Made by a program: the position numbers and the translations under genes | The notes under the pieces: generated by a model | Database searches by the model: none | The model's input: only the letters and a program-made list of their open reading frames with translations | What the model was told of the DNA's origin: nothing | Assembly: GCA_964649615.1 (NCBI GenBank) | Contig: CAZYPW010000007.1 | Location: 8,734-72,733, forward strand | DNA length: 64,000 nucleotides | Origin: an uncultured Gammaproteobacteria bacterium | GTDB taxonomy: Bacteria; Patescibacteriota; Microgenomatia; Daviesbacterales; UBA10151 | Reading direction: 5' to 3' | Shown: in pieces, positions 1 through 11,993 of the stretch | Position numbering within the stretch: the first letter of the stretch is position 1 | Layout: each line of letters opens with the position of its first letter

Positions 1-1
1 T

Positions 2-1708
2 GATGCCAATCGTGCCTTGATGGGAACTCAGATGCAATGCCAGGCAGTCCCACTGCTTCTTCCTCAATCTCCAATTGTGGGAACTGGTATGGAAAGAATT
101 GTCGCTGATAATATGGGCAGGGTAGTTAGGGCGCCTGAAGATGGAACTGTCACGTATGTTGATGGCAAAAAGTTGGTTCTGAAAGGTAAAAAAGATGAAT
201 ACAAATATGAGATCAGAAAATTTGTCCATTCTCCTCAGGGAACTTGTTATTCTCAAAAACCTATTGTTAATTTAGGTCAAAAGGTCTCCAGAGGAGATCT
301 TTTAATTGATGGAGCAGCCACAGATAAAGGAGATTTGGCACTGGGTACTAATTTATTGATTGCTTATATGAGTTTTGAAGGTTTGGGTTATGAAGATGCT
401 ATTGTGATTTCGGATAGGCTGGTTAAAGATGATGCCCTAACTTCAATTCATATTGAAGAGTATGAAATTGATGTGGTGGAAACCAAATTAGGCCCTGAGG
501 AGCTGACACGGGATATCCCTAATGTATCTGAAGATGCTTTAGCTAATTTAGATGAGGCGGGTTTAATCAGGATTGGAGCAGAGGTTGGGCCAAGTGATAT
601 CTTGGTTGGTAAAGTTCAACCAAAAGGAGAAACAGAGCTAACAGCTGAAGAAAGATTACTTAGAGCAATATTTGGAGAAAAAGCCAAAGAAGTAAGAGAC
701 ACCTCTTTGAGAATTCCCCATGGAGAAAGAGGAACGGTGATTGGAATCCAAATTCTCTCCAGAGATAAAGGAGATGAATTAGACACCGGCACTTTAATGA
801 GAATTAAAGTCAAAGTAGCCCAGATGAGAAAAGTGACTGAAGGAGATAAGTTGGCAGGCAGGCATGGCAACAAAGGAGTAATTTCCAAAATTGTGCCAAT
901 TGCTGATATGCCTCATTTAGAAGATGGAACACCGGTTGATATTGTCATCTCTCCCCTCTCTGTTTTATCCCGTATGAATTTAGGTCAGCTTTTAGAAACC
1001 CATTGGGGTTTTGCAGCCTCAAAATTAGGCTATAAAGTAGCAGCTCCTGTTTTTGAAAAGATTCCTGAAGATAAATTAATAGAAGAATTGAAAAAAGCAG
1101 GATTGTCTGTTGATGGTAAAGTCAGGCTGATTGATGGCAGGTCTGGCCAGGCTTTTGATAGATCAATTGTGGTGGGCAGAAACTATATTCTAAAACTAAT
1201 CCATATGGTGGAGGAAAAGATTCATGCCCGCTCCACTGGCCCTTATTCTTTGGTGACTCAACAGCCTTTGGGTGGAAAAGCTCAAATGGGAGGACAAAGA
1301 TTAGGAGAGATGGAAGTTTGGGCACTGGAAGCATATGGAGCAGCCCATATTTTACAGGAAATGTTAACTATCAAATCTGATGATGTGGTAGGGAGAGCTA
1401 AGGCCTTTGAGGCAATAGTCAAAGGGATTGATATCCCACAGGCCTTGATTCCAGAATCCTTTAAGGTTTTAGTTAAAGAATTACAAGCATTGGGCCTATC
1501 AGTGGATACAATAGGGGCAAAAATTATTCAAGCTCCTGAGGTTGAAGAAAAGCCGTCAATTGTAGAAGAAGTTGCAGAGTTAGAACAGGCTTTAGAGGCT
1601 AAAGTTTCTGCATCTGAGGAAGAGTTAAGTTTGCAGTCAAGCCCCTTTGAAGTAGTTGACCCCGATAAAATTGGGGTTGGTGTAGAGAAAGAAAAGGAGG
1701 CAGAATGA
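2..1708 (+). CDS. rpoB: RNA polymerase beta subunit, 3' part (gene starts upstream of window)
   Basis: Motifs [53 protein letters not shown]; frame open from base 2. Confidence 0.99.
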   Translation, partial: DANRALMGTQMQCQAVPLLLPQSPIVGTGMERIVADNMGRVVRAPEDGTVTYVDGKKLVLKGKKDEYKYEIRKFVHSPQGTCYSQKPIVNLGQKVSRGDLLIDGAATDKGDLALGTNLLIAYMSFEGLGYEDAIVISDRLVKDDALTSIHIEEYEIDVVETKLGPEELTRDIPNVSEDALANLDEAGLIRIGAEVGPSDILVGKVQPKGETELTAEERLLRAIFGEKAKEVRDTSLRIPHGERGTVIGIQILSRDKGDELDTGTLMRIKVKVAQMRKVTEGDKLAGRHGNKGVISKIVPIADMPHLEDGTPVDIVISPLSVLSRMNLGQLLETHWGFAASKLGYKVAAPVFEKIPEDKLIEELKKAGLSVDGKVRLIDGRSGQAFDRSIVVGRNYILKLIHMVEEKIHARSTGPYSLVTQQPLGGKAQMGGQRLGEMEVWALEAYGAAHILQEMLTIKSDDVVGRAKAFEAIVKGIDIPQALIPESFKVLVKELQALGLSVDTIGAKIIQAPEVEEKPSIVEEVAELEQALEAKVSASEEELSLQSSPFEVVDPDKIGVGVEKEKEAE

Positions 1709-4700
1709 ATGATCTAATAGATTTTGAAAGCTTGAAGTTAACAGCGGCCTCGCCTGAACAAGTCAGAAGCTGGTCTTTTGGTGAAGTAACCAAGCCAGAA
1801 ACTATTAATTATAGAACGCTAAAGGCTGAAAAAGATGGACTTTTTTCTGAAAATATCTTTGGCCCCACCAAGGATTATGAATGTTATTGTGGAAAATACA
1901 AAAGAATTAGGTATAGAGGAGTGATTTGTGATAAATGTGGAGTGGAAGTAACCCAAAGCAAGGTTAGGCGCGAGAGAATGGGCCATATTAATTTAGCCTC
2001 CCCTGTTGCCCATATCTGGTTTGTCAAAGGTGCCCCTTCAAAATTATCATTACTTTTGGAGATCTCCCCTAAAAATTTGGAGGCTGTTATTTATTTTGCC
2101 TCATATTTGGTGATCAATGTTGATCCTGCTGGAAAGGCTGCTGCTTTAGAAAAACTAGAAAAAGATTTAGTGAAAAAGCAGGATGAACAAAAGCAAGCTT
2201 TGGAAAAAAATATTAAAGGATTAGAAGATATCCTCAAAAAAGACCTATCTGAACTTAAGAAAAAAATTGATAAAGAAAAATTTGAGTTAGAAGCTCAAGA
2301 AGTGGAGCTTAAAAACAGGTCAGAAAAACAAAAATTAAGAGATAATTTAGTAGTAGAACAAGGTACTCTGGAGAGTATCTATCAAGCTGTAGCCAGCTTG
2401 GTTAAGTCTGTGGCAGTGTCTAAGCTTTTATCTGAAGAAGAATATTTTAAGCTTGATGAATATGGAGTTTCTGAGTTTATTACTGTGAGTATGGGAGCAG
2501 AGGCACTTCTCGAAATTTTACAAAAATTAGATTTAGATAAATTATCAGCTTCCCTGCGGGAGGAAGTCAGAAAATCCACTGGCCAAAAACATATCAAAGC
2601 TACCAAGCGCTTGCGGATTATTGAGGGCATGAGGGGTGCCAGTGTTAGGCCTGAGTGGTTGATCATGAAGATTTTACCTATTTTACCTCCGGATCTGCGC
2701 CCTATGGTCCAGCTGCCTGGAGGCAGGTTTGCCACCTCAGATTTAAATGATTTATACAGAAGAGTGATTAATAGGAATAACCGTTTAAATAGGCTGATTA
2801 ATCTTGGGGCGCCAGAAATAATTTTAAGAAATGAAAAAAGAATGCTTCAGGAAGCAGTCGATTCTTTAATTGATGCCACCTCCAGAACCTCCAGAAGAGC
2901 AGGCCCTCAAGCTGCGCATAATTTAAGGTCACTTTCTGATATGTTAAGGGGTAAACAAGGCAGGTTTAGGCAAAATTTGTTAGGCAAAAGAGTGGATTAT
3001 TCTGGCAGGTCAGTGATTGTGGTGGGCCCAAAACTAAAATTAGACCAAGTTGGCTTGCCAAAAGAGATGGCTTTGGAGATGTTTAAACCCTTTGTGCTGC
3101 GTGAGATGATAGGAAGGGGAATGTCTGCCAATGTTAAGGGAGCCAAAAATGTGCTGGAAGCCCGCCCTAATGAAGTCTGGGATATTTTAGAGGAGATTAT
3201 CACAGGCCACCCTATTTTAATCAATCGTGCTCCCACCTTGCATAGATTAGGCATCCAGGCCTTTTTCCCAGTCTTGGTTGATGGAAATGCTATTAAAATT
3301 CACCCTTGTATTTGTGCAGGATTTAATGCTGACTTTGATGGAGACCAGATGGCAATTCATGTGCCATTATCTGATAAAGCTCAAGAAGAGGCTAAAGCTT
3401 TGATGACGGCTAAAGAAAATATCTTTGGCCCAGCCCATGCCCAACCAATTACTGTGCCAAATAGAGAAATGGCCTTAGGTTGTTATTACCTAACCCAGAT
3501 TGAGGAAAGCAGTAATGATGAATTGAAATTATTTACCTCTGAAGAAGATGCGATCAGAGCTTATCAGATAGGTAAGCTTGCATTAAAACAAAAAATTAAA
3601 GTTAGAGTTTTAAAGGAGATAGTTGAAACTTCAGTAGGAAGAGTATTTTTCAATAAAGTTTTGCCTGAAAGCATGAGATTTTTTAACCAAACAGTTAAAG
3701 GTATCACCATTAGGGATTTGATCTTGAAGGCTACTGAAACAATGACTAAACAAGAAGTGGTTGATTTGATAGATAATATTAAAACTGTTGGTTTTTGGGC
3801 TGTCACCAATGCTGGTATTTCCATTGGGATATTTGATGCCAAGATTGTCCCTAATAAACAAGAATATTTACAAAGAGCTGAGGTTGAAATTGAGAAAGTA
3901 GAAGCGAATTTAGCCAAAGGGTTAATTACCCTCACTGAAAAATCCCAACTTTCTCAAATGGTTTGGATTCAAACTACTGAAGAGTTAGCTAATGCTACCT
4001 GGGACTTTTTAGGCATGGATAATCCAATCAGGATGATGGTTGAGGCTGGAGCCCGGGGATCCCGTGATCAAGCCAAACAGCTATCAGCCATGAGAGGTTT
4101 ATCTACAGATCCAACAGGAAAGATTGTGGAGCTGCCTACTAAATCTAACTATAGGCAGGGTTTATCTGTATTTGAATACTTTACATCCGCCCGTGGCGCT
4201 AGAAAAGGGGTAGCTGATAAAGCGTTAAAAACTGCTGATGCAGGGTATCTGACTAGAAGACTCGTGGATGTAGCCCATGATGTGATTATTAGAATGGACG
4301 ATTGTGGTACTGATAAGGGATTGGAATATGATCTTTCTAAAGTAAGTTTCCCAGTAGCCAGAGAAAAAGTTTTAGGCAGGATGCTTGTTCAGAATGTCAC
4401 AGAAGAGGGAAGCAGAAAAGTGCTCTTTAAGACAGGCATAATTTTGGCAGAAGAGGAGATTAATGTTTTGCTTAAGTTTTCTGTAAAAACTTTGGTAGCC
4501 CGCTCCCCCTTAACTTGTGAATCAAGATATGGAATTTGTGCTGCTTGTTATGGATTAGATTTAACTACCAGGCAGATTGTTAAAATTGGTACTCCTGTTG
4601 GGGTGGTAGCAGCCCAAGCTATTGGTGAACCAGGAACTCAGTTAACTATGAGAACTTTCCATACTGGAGGAATTGTGGGACTAGATATTACCCAAGGGCT

Positions 4701-5397
4701 GCCTAGGGTAGAAGAGTTATTTGAAGCCAGAACCCCCAAGATTACAGCTCCAGTCTCTGAGATTGCTGGAAAAGTATCTATTGTAGAAAATGAAGATGGC
4801 GGAACCAAGGTTAGAGTCAGAACTACCCAAAAACCTCATGAAGAAAGGGAATATATTATTCCAGCCTCTGCCCAAATCTTGGTTGAAGAAGGGCAGTTAA
4901 TCTCTGCTGGAGCAGTCTTGGCCTCAGGCCATATTGATGTTAAAGAGCTCCTTCGGGTTCAAGGTTTAAGAGATGCCCAAAGATATATTGTGGATGAAGT
5001 AAGAAGCGTTTATGAATCTCAGGGTGTGCCTATTAATGAAAAACATTTTGAAACAATTGTGAGAAAGATGTCTGATAAAGTTAGAGTTGAATCACAGGGG
5101 GACACTAATTTATTGCCAGGTGAGATTATTGATAAACTCAAGTTTGAGGAAGAAAACAAGAGGGTTTTAGCAGGTGGCGGTGAACCATCAACAGCAGAGG
5201 TAGTTATTTTAGGCATCACCAGAGCCTCCCTGCAAACTGAAAGCTTCCTATCTGCTGCATCTTTTCAGGAAACTACCACTATTTTGTCTGATGCAGCTGT
5301 TTCTGGCAAAGTAGATAAGTTGTTAGGCCTAAAAGAGAATGTTATAATAGGGCGCTTGATACCGACAAGCGAAGAAAGGGCAAGAATAGAAGGGTAA
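1705..5397 (+). CDS. rpoC: RNA polymerase beta' subunit
   Basis: NADFDGDQM catalytic motif, N-terminal Zn finger CYCGKY...[28 protein letters not shown]. Confidence 0.99.
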   Translation: MNDLIDFESLKLTAASPEQVRSWSFGEVTKPETINYRTLKAEKDGLFSENIFGPTKDYECYCGKYKRIRYRGVICDKCGVEVTQSKVRRERMGHINLASPVAHIWFVKGAPSKLSLLLEISPKNLEAVIYFASYLVINVDPAGKAAALEKLEKDLVKKQDEQKQALEKNIKGLEDILKKDLSELKKKIDKEKFELEAQEVELKNRSEKQKLRDNLVVEQGTLESIYQAVASLVKSVAVSKLLSEEEYFKLDEYGVSEFITVSMGAEALLEILQKLDLDKLSASLREEVRKSTGQKHIKATKRLRIIEGMRGASVRPEWLIMKILPILPPDLRPMVQLPGGRFATSDLNDLYRRVINRNNRLNRLINLGAPEIILRNEKRMLQEAVDSLIDATSRTSRRAGPQAAHNLRSLSDMLRGKQGRFRQNLLGKRVDYSGRSVIVVGPKLKLDQVGLPKEMALEMFKPFVLREMIGRGMSANVKGAKNVLEARPNEVWDILEEIITGHPILINRAPTLHRLGIQAFFPVLVDGNAIKIHPCICAGFNADFDGDQMAIHVPLSDKAQEEAKALMTAKENIFGPAHAQPITVPNREMALGCYYLTQIEESSNDELKLFTSEEDAIRAYQIGKLALKQKIKVRVLKEIVETSVGRVFFNKVLPESMRFFNQTVKGITIRDLILKATETMTKQEVVDLIDNIKTVGFWAVTNAGISIGIFDAKIVPNKQEYLQRAEVEIEKVEANLAKGLITLTEKSQLSQMVWIQTTEELANATWDFLGMDNPIRMMVEAGARGSRDQAKQLSAMRGLSTDPTGKIVELPTKSNYRQGLSVFEYFTSARGARKGVADKALKTADAGYLTRRLVDVAHDVIIRMDDCGTDKGLEYDLSKVSFPVAREKVLGRMLVQNVTEEGSRKVLFKTGIILAEEEINVLLKFSVKTLVARSPLTCESRYGICAACYGLDLTTRQIVKIGTPVGVVAAQAIGEPGTQLTMRTFHTGGIVGLDITQGLPRVEELFEARTPKITAPVSEIAGKVSIVENEDGGTKVRVRTTQKPHEEREYIIPASAQILVEEGQLISAGAVLASGHIDVKELLRVQGLRDAQRYIVDEVRSVYESQGVPINEKHFETIVRKMSDKVRVESQGDTNLLPGEIIDKLKFEEENKRVLAGGGEPSTAEVVILGITRASLQTESFLSAASFQETTTILSDAAVSGKVDKLLGLKENVIIGRLIPTSEERARIEG

Positions 5398-5398
5398 A

Positions 5399-5496
5399 CC
5401 CTTGTCAAAAACTCTCCACTGGAGACTTTTTGCAAGCGATCTCCCTCGTTCAAATAATTTTTTAAAGATTATAAATTATTTGAACTTCAGTCCGAT
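5399..5496 (+). repeat. ~98-bp dispersed structured element, copy 1
   Basis: cccttgtcaaaaa-[hairpin]-tttttgcaagcgatctccct-[13-bp stem]-cttcagtccgat; the same conserved blocks occur reverse-complemented at 29605-29701. Confidence 0.85.
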
Positions 5497-5976
5497 ATGC
5501 CAACTATTAATCAACTAATCAGGCACGGCAGACAAAAAATCGTTAAAAAAGTCAAAGCAACAGCGCTAAGGCGCTCATTTAATGCCAAAGATAGAAAATA
5601 TACTCAATTTTATAATCCTCAAAAAAGAGGAGTAGTTTTACTGGTTAAAACCATGACTCCCAAAAAACCAAATTCAGCTTTGAGAAAAGTAGCTAGAGTG
5701 AGACTTTCTAATAGAACTGAGGTCACAGCTTATATTCAGGGTGAAGGCCATTCTTTAGCAGAACATGGCATTGTGATGGTTCGTGGCGGTAGAGTTAAAG
5801 ATCTGCCAGGTGTGAAATACCATCTTGTTCGTGGCAAGTTTGATCTTGCTGGAGTTGAAGGCAGAAAACAAGCCAGGTCAATTTATGGCACCAAATCTGG
5901 CGGTGGACCAGCCCGCCCAGCAGCTAAACCTGCAACTGATCTTGCCCCAGCCGCTGAAGGAGCAGTACCAGTATGA
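5497..5976 (+). CDS. rpsL: 30S ribosomal protein S12 (with Ala/Pro-rich C-terminal tail)
   Basis: [28 protein letters not shown]. Confidence 0.99.
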   Translation: MPTINQLIRHGRQKIVKKVKATALRRSFNAKDRKYTQFYNPQKRGVVLLVKTMTPKKPNSALRKVARVRLSNRTEVTAYIQGEGHSLAEHGIVMVRGGRVKDLPGVKYHLVRGKFDLAGVEGRKQARSIYGTKSGGGPARPAAKPATDLAPAAEGAVPV

Positions 5977-6449
5977 GAAGCAAAAAAGCCCCTAAAAGAT
6001 TAATTCAGGAGGATCCTTTATATGGATCAAAGATGCTACAGAGGTTTATTAATAGATTAATGGTTGATGGTAAAAAATCTGTTGCCCAATCTTTAGTTTA
6101 TAAAGCTTTAGAAAATATTAAAGAAACCACTAAGCAAGAACCTTTAGGAGTTTTTGAAAGAGCTATCCAAAATATCTCTCCCAAAATGGAAGTAAGGCCC
6201 AGAAGGGTAGGAGGAGCTTCATATCAGGTTCCAGTTGAGGTGAGGGGAGATAGAAAAGAAGCCCTGGCTATAAGATGGCTTATTGCTGCAGCAAAAAATA
6301 GGCCTAATTCATCTTTTCACAGCTTTGATCTAAAATTAGCCCAAGAATTTATAGATGCAGCTAATAACCAAGGCTTAGCTATTAAGAAAAAAGAAGATAT
6401 GCAAAAAACAGCAGCTGCTAATAGGGCATTTTCTCACTTCAGATGGTAA
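5973..6449 (+). CDS. rpsG: 30S ribosomal protein S7
   Basis: [21 protein letters not shown]; follows rpsL. Confidence 0.99.
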   Translation: MRSKKAPKRLIQEDPLYGSKMLQRFINRLMVDGKKSVAQSLVYKALENIKETTKQEPLGVFERAIQNISPKMEVRPRRVGGASYQVPVEVRGDRKEALAIRWLIAAAKNRPNSSFHSFDLKLAQEFIDAANNQGLAIKKKEDMQKTAAANRAFSHFRW

Positions 6450-7348
6450 ATTCAGAAAGAAAAGCTGCTCTAATTACTGGTGCTGCAAGTGGAATGGGAT
6501 TTGAAACTGTAAAAAGATTCTCTAAGGATCCTAGATATAATCCCATTTATGCTCTAGATTTAGACCCTTCTGTACATACAATTTTTGAAGCTGCACAATA
6601 TCCTCAAGTAGTTGCTCTTCAAGTAGATATTAGAAAAGGAAATGAAATTGCTCAAGTGTTTGACAAAGTACTCAAAGAAACCAAAAATCTTGATGTGGTT
6701 GTGAATGCTGCAGGAATAATAATTGCTGGTGATGCACAGGGTCCAGAGGGTGAAAAGCAAATTGCCAATCTTAATGATACAAATTTCTTCGGACAGATGT
6801 ATGTAATGCAAAGAGCAGAAATTGCTATGGAAAGTAGAGAAGGCGGAGTTATTATAAATGTAACTTCTGCAAAAGATTATTTTCCAGATCCTTTCCGTTT
6901 TGAATATATGTTATCAAAAATCAGATTTGAAGAGATGAGTTTATATGATGGAGAAAGATTAAGAGAGGATGGAGTTAGGATTGTAGTTGTTAAACCAGGG
7001 AATACAAAAACTCATATAGATAGAAGAGATTGGACTCAAGGCTATAACGAGGGAGAAATGAAAGCAGTACAAGGATTTAATGACTGGTGGAGAAGAACTT
7101 TTGGCAATGATCCTAAAAATGTTGCAGAGGTTATATACAAAATTGCTGAAGGGGAAATTGATAACTCTGTAGTGCCAGTAGGTCTTGATGCTAAGCTGGG
7201 ATATCTTTTAGTAAAAATCCCATTTTGGAGAGCAATGTTTTTCCTAGGAGCAGCTGGAGTTTATGCAGGAATTATAAAGTTACAAAATTTGCGTGATCGT
7301 CTTCCTTTTAAAGGTTATAATTCAAGAGATGATAAAAATAATTTTTGA
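6443..7348 (+). CDS. Short-chain dehydrogenase/reductase (SDR)
   Basis: TGAASGMG Rossmann motif, VNAAG, catalytic YxxxK (YMLSK), KPGNTKT. Confidence 0.9.
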   Translation: MVNSERKAALITGAASGMGFETVKRFSKDPRYNPIYALDLDPSVHTIFEAAQYPQVVALQVDIRKGNEIAQVFDKVLKETKNLDVVVNAAGIIIAGDAQGPEGEKQIANLNDTNFFGQMYVMQRAEIAMESREGGVIINVTSAKDYFPDPFRFEYMLSKIRFEEMSLYDGERLREDGVRIVVVKPGNTKTHIDRRDWTQGYNEGEMKAVQGFNDWWRRTFGNDPKNVAEVIYKIAEGEIDNSVVPVGLDAKLGYLLVKIPFWRAMFFLGAAGVYAGIIKLQNLRDRLPFKGYNSRDDKNNF

Positions 7349-7864
7349 GACCCATTCAACTTCTATTGATAATGAGAAGCATCTTTCCTCTGGACATAAT
7401 GATGCAGAGTTGTCTTTTTTAGGTATAAAGCAGGCAAAAGAACTGGGTGAAAGATACCAGGATCAGGAATTTGATGCAATCTTTGTTTCTGATTTACAAA
7501 GATCATACAAAACAGCAGAGATTGCTTTTGGAGAAAAATTTCCCATAATTCGTGATAAAAGACTGCGGGAATGTGATTATGGAGATTTAACTGGACATCC
7601 ATCTAATGAGGTAGAGCTACTTAAAGTGGAACATATAACTGTGCCATTTCCAAATGGAGAATCCTATAAAGACTGTCTAAAAAGGATGAAGGGGTTTTTA
7701 GATGAATTAATACATTATATCACGGCCGTAGCATAAATGTATTAATAATTGGTCATAGAGCAACCCAGTATGGATTAGAACATTTAATCAATGGAGTTGA
7801 TCTAGAAACTTTAGTCACCACTCCCTTTAAATGGCAACCAGGCTGGGTTTATCAGGTGAGTTGA
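7329..7864 (+). pseudogene. Histidine phosphatase (PGM-like) family protein, frameshifted near 7715-7720
   Basis: 5' part SDLQRS, RLRECDYGDLTG, PFPNGES ends at TAA 7736; the C-terminal part (VLIIGHRATQYGLEHL...PFKWQPGWVY) continues in another frame to TGA 7864. Confidence 0.75.
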
Positions 7865-7889
7865 CTTTTAGGATCAAAAACATTAATAT
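7861..7889 (+). promoter_or_regulatory. sigma70-type promoter upstream of the GreA-like gene/fusA
   Basis: TTGACT (7861-7866), 17-nt spacer, TAATAT (7884-7889). Confidence 0.6.
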
Positions 7890-7897
7890 TTACATCT

Positions 7898-7929
7898 AGC
7901 CTCCTGAATTTGAGGGGGCTTCTTTTTTT
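7898..7929 (+). terminator. Intrinsic terminator-like hairpin plus T-run
   Basis: agcctcct-gaatttg-agggggct followed by tcttttttt. Confidence 0.65.
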
Positions 7930-7944
7930 ATGTAGGATATAAAT

Positions 7945-8178
7945 ATGGACAAGATGGATAATAAGTTACGTCAAGAAAAATTAAAGATGTGGAGAGAAAA
8001 CCTCAAGAAACTTGAGGATCAACTGGTGGCTGTTCAACATAAAAAAGGACTTGCTGCTCAAGAAGGGGATTTATCTGAAAATGCAGCCTATACTATGGCT
8101 ATTGAGGATGCAGAAACTTTTAGAGTGCAGATTGAACAGGTAAAGAAAATAATTCAAGAATTAGAAGGAGGAAAATAG
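7945..8178 (+). CDS. GreA/GreB N-terminal coiled-coil-only protein
   Basis: AAQEGDLSENAAY matches the Gre acidic-tip motif GDLxENAEY; 77 aa, no C-terminal domain; stop abuts fusA ATG. Confidence 0.8.
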   Translation: MDKMDNKLRQEKLKMWRENLKKLEDQLVAVQHKKGLAAQEGDLSENAAYTMAIEDAETFRVQIEQVKKIIQELEGGK

Positions 8179-10320
8179 ATGGCTACACAGAAGACAAAAA
8201 GAGACTTTCCGCTTGATAGAATACGTAATATTGGAATCATAGCCCATATTGATGCTGGCAAAACAACCACCACCGAAAGAATCCTTTTTTATACAGGCAG
8301 AACTTATAAAATTGGTGATATTGATGAAGGAACCACAGTGACTGATTGGATGGAGCAGGAAAAAGAGAGAGGAATTACCATTGTTTCTGCAGCTATCACT
8401 ACTTTTTGGATAGTTAAATCTGGTGGGATGTTTAATGGGGAAGAAGTAAGGATTAATTTGATTGATACCCCAGGCCACGTTGATTTTACAGCAGAAGTAG
8501 AAAGATCCTTGAGGGTTTTAGATGGAGCAGTGATTGTATTAGATAGTGCCTCTGGTGTGCAATCCCAAACAGAAACTGTTTGGAGGCAGGCTATTAAGTA
8601 TAGTGTACCTTTGATTGCTTTTGCCAACAAAATGGATGTGTTGGGAGCAGATTTTGCTGCCACTATCCAATCTGCCAGAGATAGATTAGGGGCTAATGCT
8701 ATTGCTTACAACTTGCCCATAGGCAAAGAGAATGATTTTAAAGGAGTAGTTGATCTATTAACCCAAAAAGTTTTAGTTTGGGAAGGTGATGATACTGGAG
8801 CTAAGTTTAACGAGGGTGAAATTCCAGCTGATATGGTTGAGGAAGTTAAAGCAGCTAGAGAGAAATTAGTAGAAGAGATTGCGGGAACTGATGATACTTT
8901 GATGGAAAAATACTTAAATGGGCAGGAAATTTCTGTGGGTGAGTTGCAAAAAGCCTTAAGGCAGGCAGTGATTGCCAATAAAATTGTGCCTGTTTTTGCA
9001 GGATCATCTTTGCGAAATAAAGGTGTCCAACCCATGCTGGATGCAGTGGTCCAATATTTGCCCTCCCCCCAAGATATTGCTAAAGTGGATGGAACAAATC
9101 CTCAGACAGGAGAGACAGAAGAAAGAAAAGCAGATCCTACTGCACCACTTTCTGCTTTAGCTTTTAAAATTCAAGTTGATCCTCATGTGGGCAAGTTAAC
9201 TTATATTAGAGTTTATTCAGGCACCTTAAAAAGTGGAACATATGTTTATAATGCTACTAAGCAGATAAAAGAACGAATTGGCAGGCTGCTTTTGATGCAT
9301 GCCAATGATAGAGAAGAGATAGATGAAGCATATGCAGGAGAGATTGTAGCTGCAGTTGGGCTTAAAGATACAACCACAGGAGATACTTTGTGTGAGGATA
9401 ATGCTCCCATTATTTTAGAGTCTATTTCTTTCCCAGAACCTGTTATCTCTTTAGCAATCGAACCAAAAACTAAATCCGACCAGGAGAAGCTAGGTTATGC
9501 CTTGCAAAGGCTGTCTGAGGAAGACCCAACTTTTAGAGTCAAGTCTGACCATGAAACAGGCCAAACTATTATTGCTGGAATGGGTGAGCTGCAGCTAGAG
9601 GTTTTGGTAGATAGGATGAAAAGAGAGTTTAAGGTTGAAGCAAATGTGGGCCAGCCTCAAGTTGCTTATAAAGAAACTATTCAAAAATCAGCAGAAGGGG
9701 AAGGTAAATATATCAGGCAAACTGGAGGTAGGGGCCAGTATGGCCATTGTTTGCTTAGAATTGAACCTCTCCCCAGAGGAACAGGCAGAGAATTTGTCTC
9801 AGAAGTGGTGGGAGGTGCTATCCCCAGGGAGTTTATTTCTCCAATAGAAAAAGGAGTTATTGAAAAAGAAGATACAGGAATTCTGGCAGGTTATCCTGTA
9901 ACTGATATTAAAGTTACAGTTTATGATGGATCCTACCATGATGTTGATTCATCTGAGATTGCCTTTAAGATTGCTGCATCCTTAGGTTTATCTGAAGCTG
10001 CTAAAAGGGCAGATCTGATCCTGCTTGAGCCTATCATGAAGGTGGAAGTGACCACTCCTGAGGAGTTTTTAGGAGAAATTATTGGTGACCTGTCTTCTAA
10101 AAGAGCCCAAATTGTCTCTTCTGAGACCCAAAACAAAGCCAGAGTGGTTTTAGCTTATGTGCCTTTGGCTGAGATGCATGGATATGCCACTTCTTTAAGA
10201 AGCATGTCTCAAGGTAGAGCCACCTACTACATGGAAGCAGACCACTATGAACCAGTTCCAGCTAATATCACTGCTAAAATAGTAGAATCCTCAGGCTTTA
10301 CAGGCAGAGTTGAACATTAA
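8179..10320 (+). CDS. fusA: Elongation factor G
   Basis: [34 protein letters not shown]. Confidence 0.99.
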   Translation: MATQKTKRDFPLDRIRNIGIIAHIDAGKTTTTERILFYTGRTYKIGDIDEGTTVTDWMEQEKERGITIVSAAITTFWIVKSGGMFNGEEVRINLIDTPGHVDFTAEVERSLRVLDGAVIVLDSASGVQSQTETVWRQAIKYSVPLIAFANKMDVLGADFAATIQSARDRLGANAIAYNLPIGKENDFKGVVDLLTQKVLVWEGDDTGAKFNEGEIPADMVEEVKAAREKLVEEIAGTDDTLMEKYLNGQEISVGELQKALRQAVIANKIVPVFAGSSLRNKGVQPMLDAVVQYLPSPQDIAKVDGTNPQTGETEERKADPTAPLSALAFKIQVDPHVGKLTYIRVYSGTLKSGTYVYNATKQIKERIGRLLLMHANDREEIDEAYAGEIVAAVGLKDTTTGDTLCEDNAPIILESISFPEPVISLAIEPKTKSDQEKLGYALQRLSEEDPTFRVKSDHETGQTIIAGMGELQLEVLVDRMKREFKVEANVGQPQVAYKETIQKSAEGEGKYIRQTGGRGQYGHCLLRIEPLPRGTGREFVSEVVGGAIPREFISPIEKGVIEKEDTGILAGYPVTDIKVTVYDGSYHDVDSSEIAFKIAASLGLSEAAKRADLILLEPIMKVEVTTPEEFLGEIIGDLSSKRAQIVSSETQNKARVVLAYVPLAEMHGYATSLRSMSQGRATYYMEADHYEPVPANITAKIVESSGFTGRVEH

Positions 10321-10564
10321 ATTGCTTTATGTTATAAAGTATAAATTATGCCAGTATATGAAGTAGAGCCGAGATTTAGAGTTTCATTATGTTCGCGGTC
10401 GAGAATATAATGTCATTGTTTGCAGCTAAGTATTTTAGAGAAAAAGCAAAAAGGAGAAAAAGATGAGCTTTGGTGAAATCACCAATGGAGTTGCACTAAT
10501 GTACATTGCTTTTTGGAAAAAAGACACTTCGCGTAAATCTTCAAAGAGATCTTAAATTCTCCTC

Positions 10565-10625
10565 TTGCATTATCAGGCAGTTTATTGTATATTTACTTCA
10601 TCCAGCTGGGATATAGCTGGTTTTT
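10565..10625 (+). promoter_or_regulatory. tuf promoter with promoter-proximal hairpin/T-run
   Basis: TTGCAT (10565) -17- TATATT (10588), then ccagct-gggatat-agctgg-ttttt (10602-10625). Confidence 0.5.
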
Positions 10626-10639
10626 AAAGATTTAAAATT

Positions 10640-11824
10640 ATGGCAGATGTAAAAAAATTTGATAGATCAAAACCACACGTAAATGTAGGAACAATGGGCC
10701 ACGTTGACCATGGTAAAACCACTCTTACAGCAGCAATTACTAATGTTTTAGCTGCTAAAGGTTTGGCTGAAAAAAGATCAGTTGATCAAATTGATAACGC
10801 CCCTGAAGAAAAAGCCCGTGGCATCACCATTAACATTTCCCACCAAGAATATGAAACAGAAAAAAGGCACTATGCCCATATCGACATGCCTGGCCACGCA
10901 GATTATATTAAAAACATGATTACTGGAGCAGCTCAAACAGATGGCGCCATTTTAGTGGTTTCAGCTCCAGATGGTCCCATGCCTCAAACTAGAGAACATC
11001 TTTTGCTTGCTAAACAAGTAGGAGTTCCAGCCATTGTAGTTTTTCTTAATAAAGTAGATATGGTTGATGATCCAGAACTGCTTGATTTGGTGGAAGAAGA
11101 AGTTCGTGATTTACTTAAAAAATATGAATATGATCCACAATCTCCAATAATCAGAGGTTCTGCTAAAAAAGCGCTAGAAGGTGACGGCGAAGCTGTAAAA
11201 GCAGTTGAAGAGTTAATGAACAAAGTTGATGAGTGGATTCCTACTCCAGTTCGTGACAAAGATAAGCCATTTTTGATGGCAGTTGAAGATGTTTTCTCTA
11301 TTAAAGGCAGGGGAACAGTGGTGACAGGAAGAATTGAAAGAGGAGTTGTAAAGGTTAATGAAGAGATTGAGATTATTGGTATTAGGCCTACTAAAAAGTC
11401 AGTGGTAACTGGAATTGAGATGTTTCATAAATTATTAGATCAGGGAGAAGCTGGAGATAATGCAGGGATTCTCCTGCGAGGAGTGGAAAAAGATGATGTG
11501 GAAAGAGGACAAGTTTTAGCTAAACCTGGTTCTATCACCCCTCACAGTGAATTTGAAGCAGAAGTTTACATTTTATCTAAAGAAGAAGGTGGAAGGCATA
11601 CACCATTTTTTAAAGGCTACAGGCCACAGTTTTACATCAGAACTACTGATGTGACCGGTGAAGTACAACTTCCAGAAGGTGTGGAAATGGCCATGCCGGG
11701 AGATACGGTTAAAGTGACCGGCAAATTAATTACACCGGTGGCTATGGAAGAAGGTTTAAGGTTTGCTGTTCGTGAAGGCGGTAAAACTGTGGGAGCTGGA
11801 GTGATTACCAAAATAATAGCTTAA
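10640..11824 (+). CDS. tuf: Elongation factor Tu
   Basis: [37 protein letters not shown]. Confidence 0.99.
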   Translation: MADVKKFDRSKPHVNVGTMGHVDHGKTTLTAAITNVLAAKGLAEKRSVDQIDNAPEEKARGITINISHQEYETEKRHYAHIDMPGHADYIKNMITGAAQTDGAILVVSAPDGPMPQTREHLLLAKQVGVPAIVVFLNKVDMVDDPELLDLVEEEVRDLLKKYEYDPQSPIIRGSAKKALEGDGEAVKAVEELMNKVDEWIPTPVRDKDKPFLMAVEDVFSIKGRGTVVTGRIERGVVKVNEEIEIIGIRPTKKSVVTGIEMFHKLLDQGEAGDNAGILLRGVEKDDVERGQVLAKPGSITPHSEFEAEVYILSKEEGGRHTPFFKGYRPQFYIRTTDVTGEVQLPEGVEMAMPGDTVKVTGKLITPVAMEEGLRFAVREGGKTVGAGVITKIIA

Positions 11825-11960
11825 CTCAAATCTTAGATCTCAAATCGCAAATCTGAATCTAAAATCTAATACGCCCCTCCTTTGGAGGCAAAACTTTTGA
11901 GATTTAGCAATTAAACTTTAGTTTAATTGGGTGTATTGTTGTAGTTTTGAGTTTTGAGAT
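11825..11960. repeat. Inverted 7-mer tandem arrays with internal hairpins (tuf-rpsJ spacer)
   Basis: ctcaaat cttagat ctcaaat cgcaaat ... ctaaaat, hairpin cctcc-ttt-ggagg, then complementary units ttttgag / gttttga gttttga. Confidence 0.75.
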
Positions 11961-11993
11961 ATAATTAGCACATTGAAAGGGGAATAACAATTT

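Noticed and set aside
10321-10560. Possible gene remnant between fusA and tuf
   Set aside because: Only short broken frames with no recognisable motif; cannot be supported
11825-11960. CRISPR array or DGR interpretation of the short repeats
   Set aside because: Units are 7 bp with no spacers; no cas or reverse transcriptase gene and no TR/VR pair seen in the window
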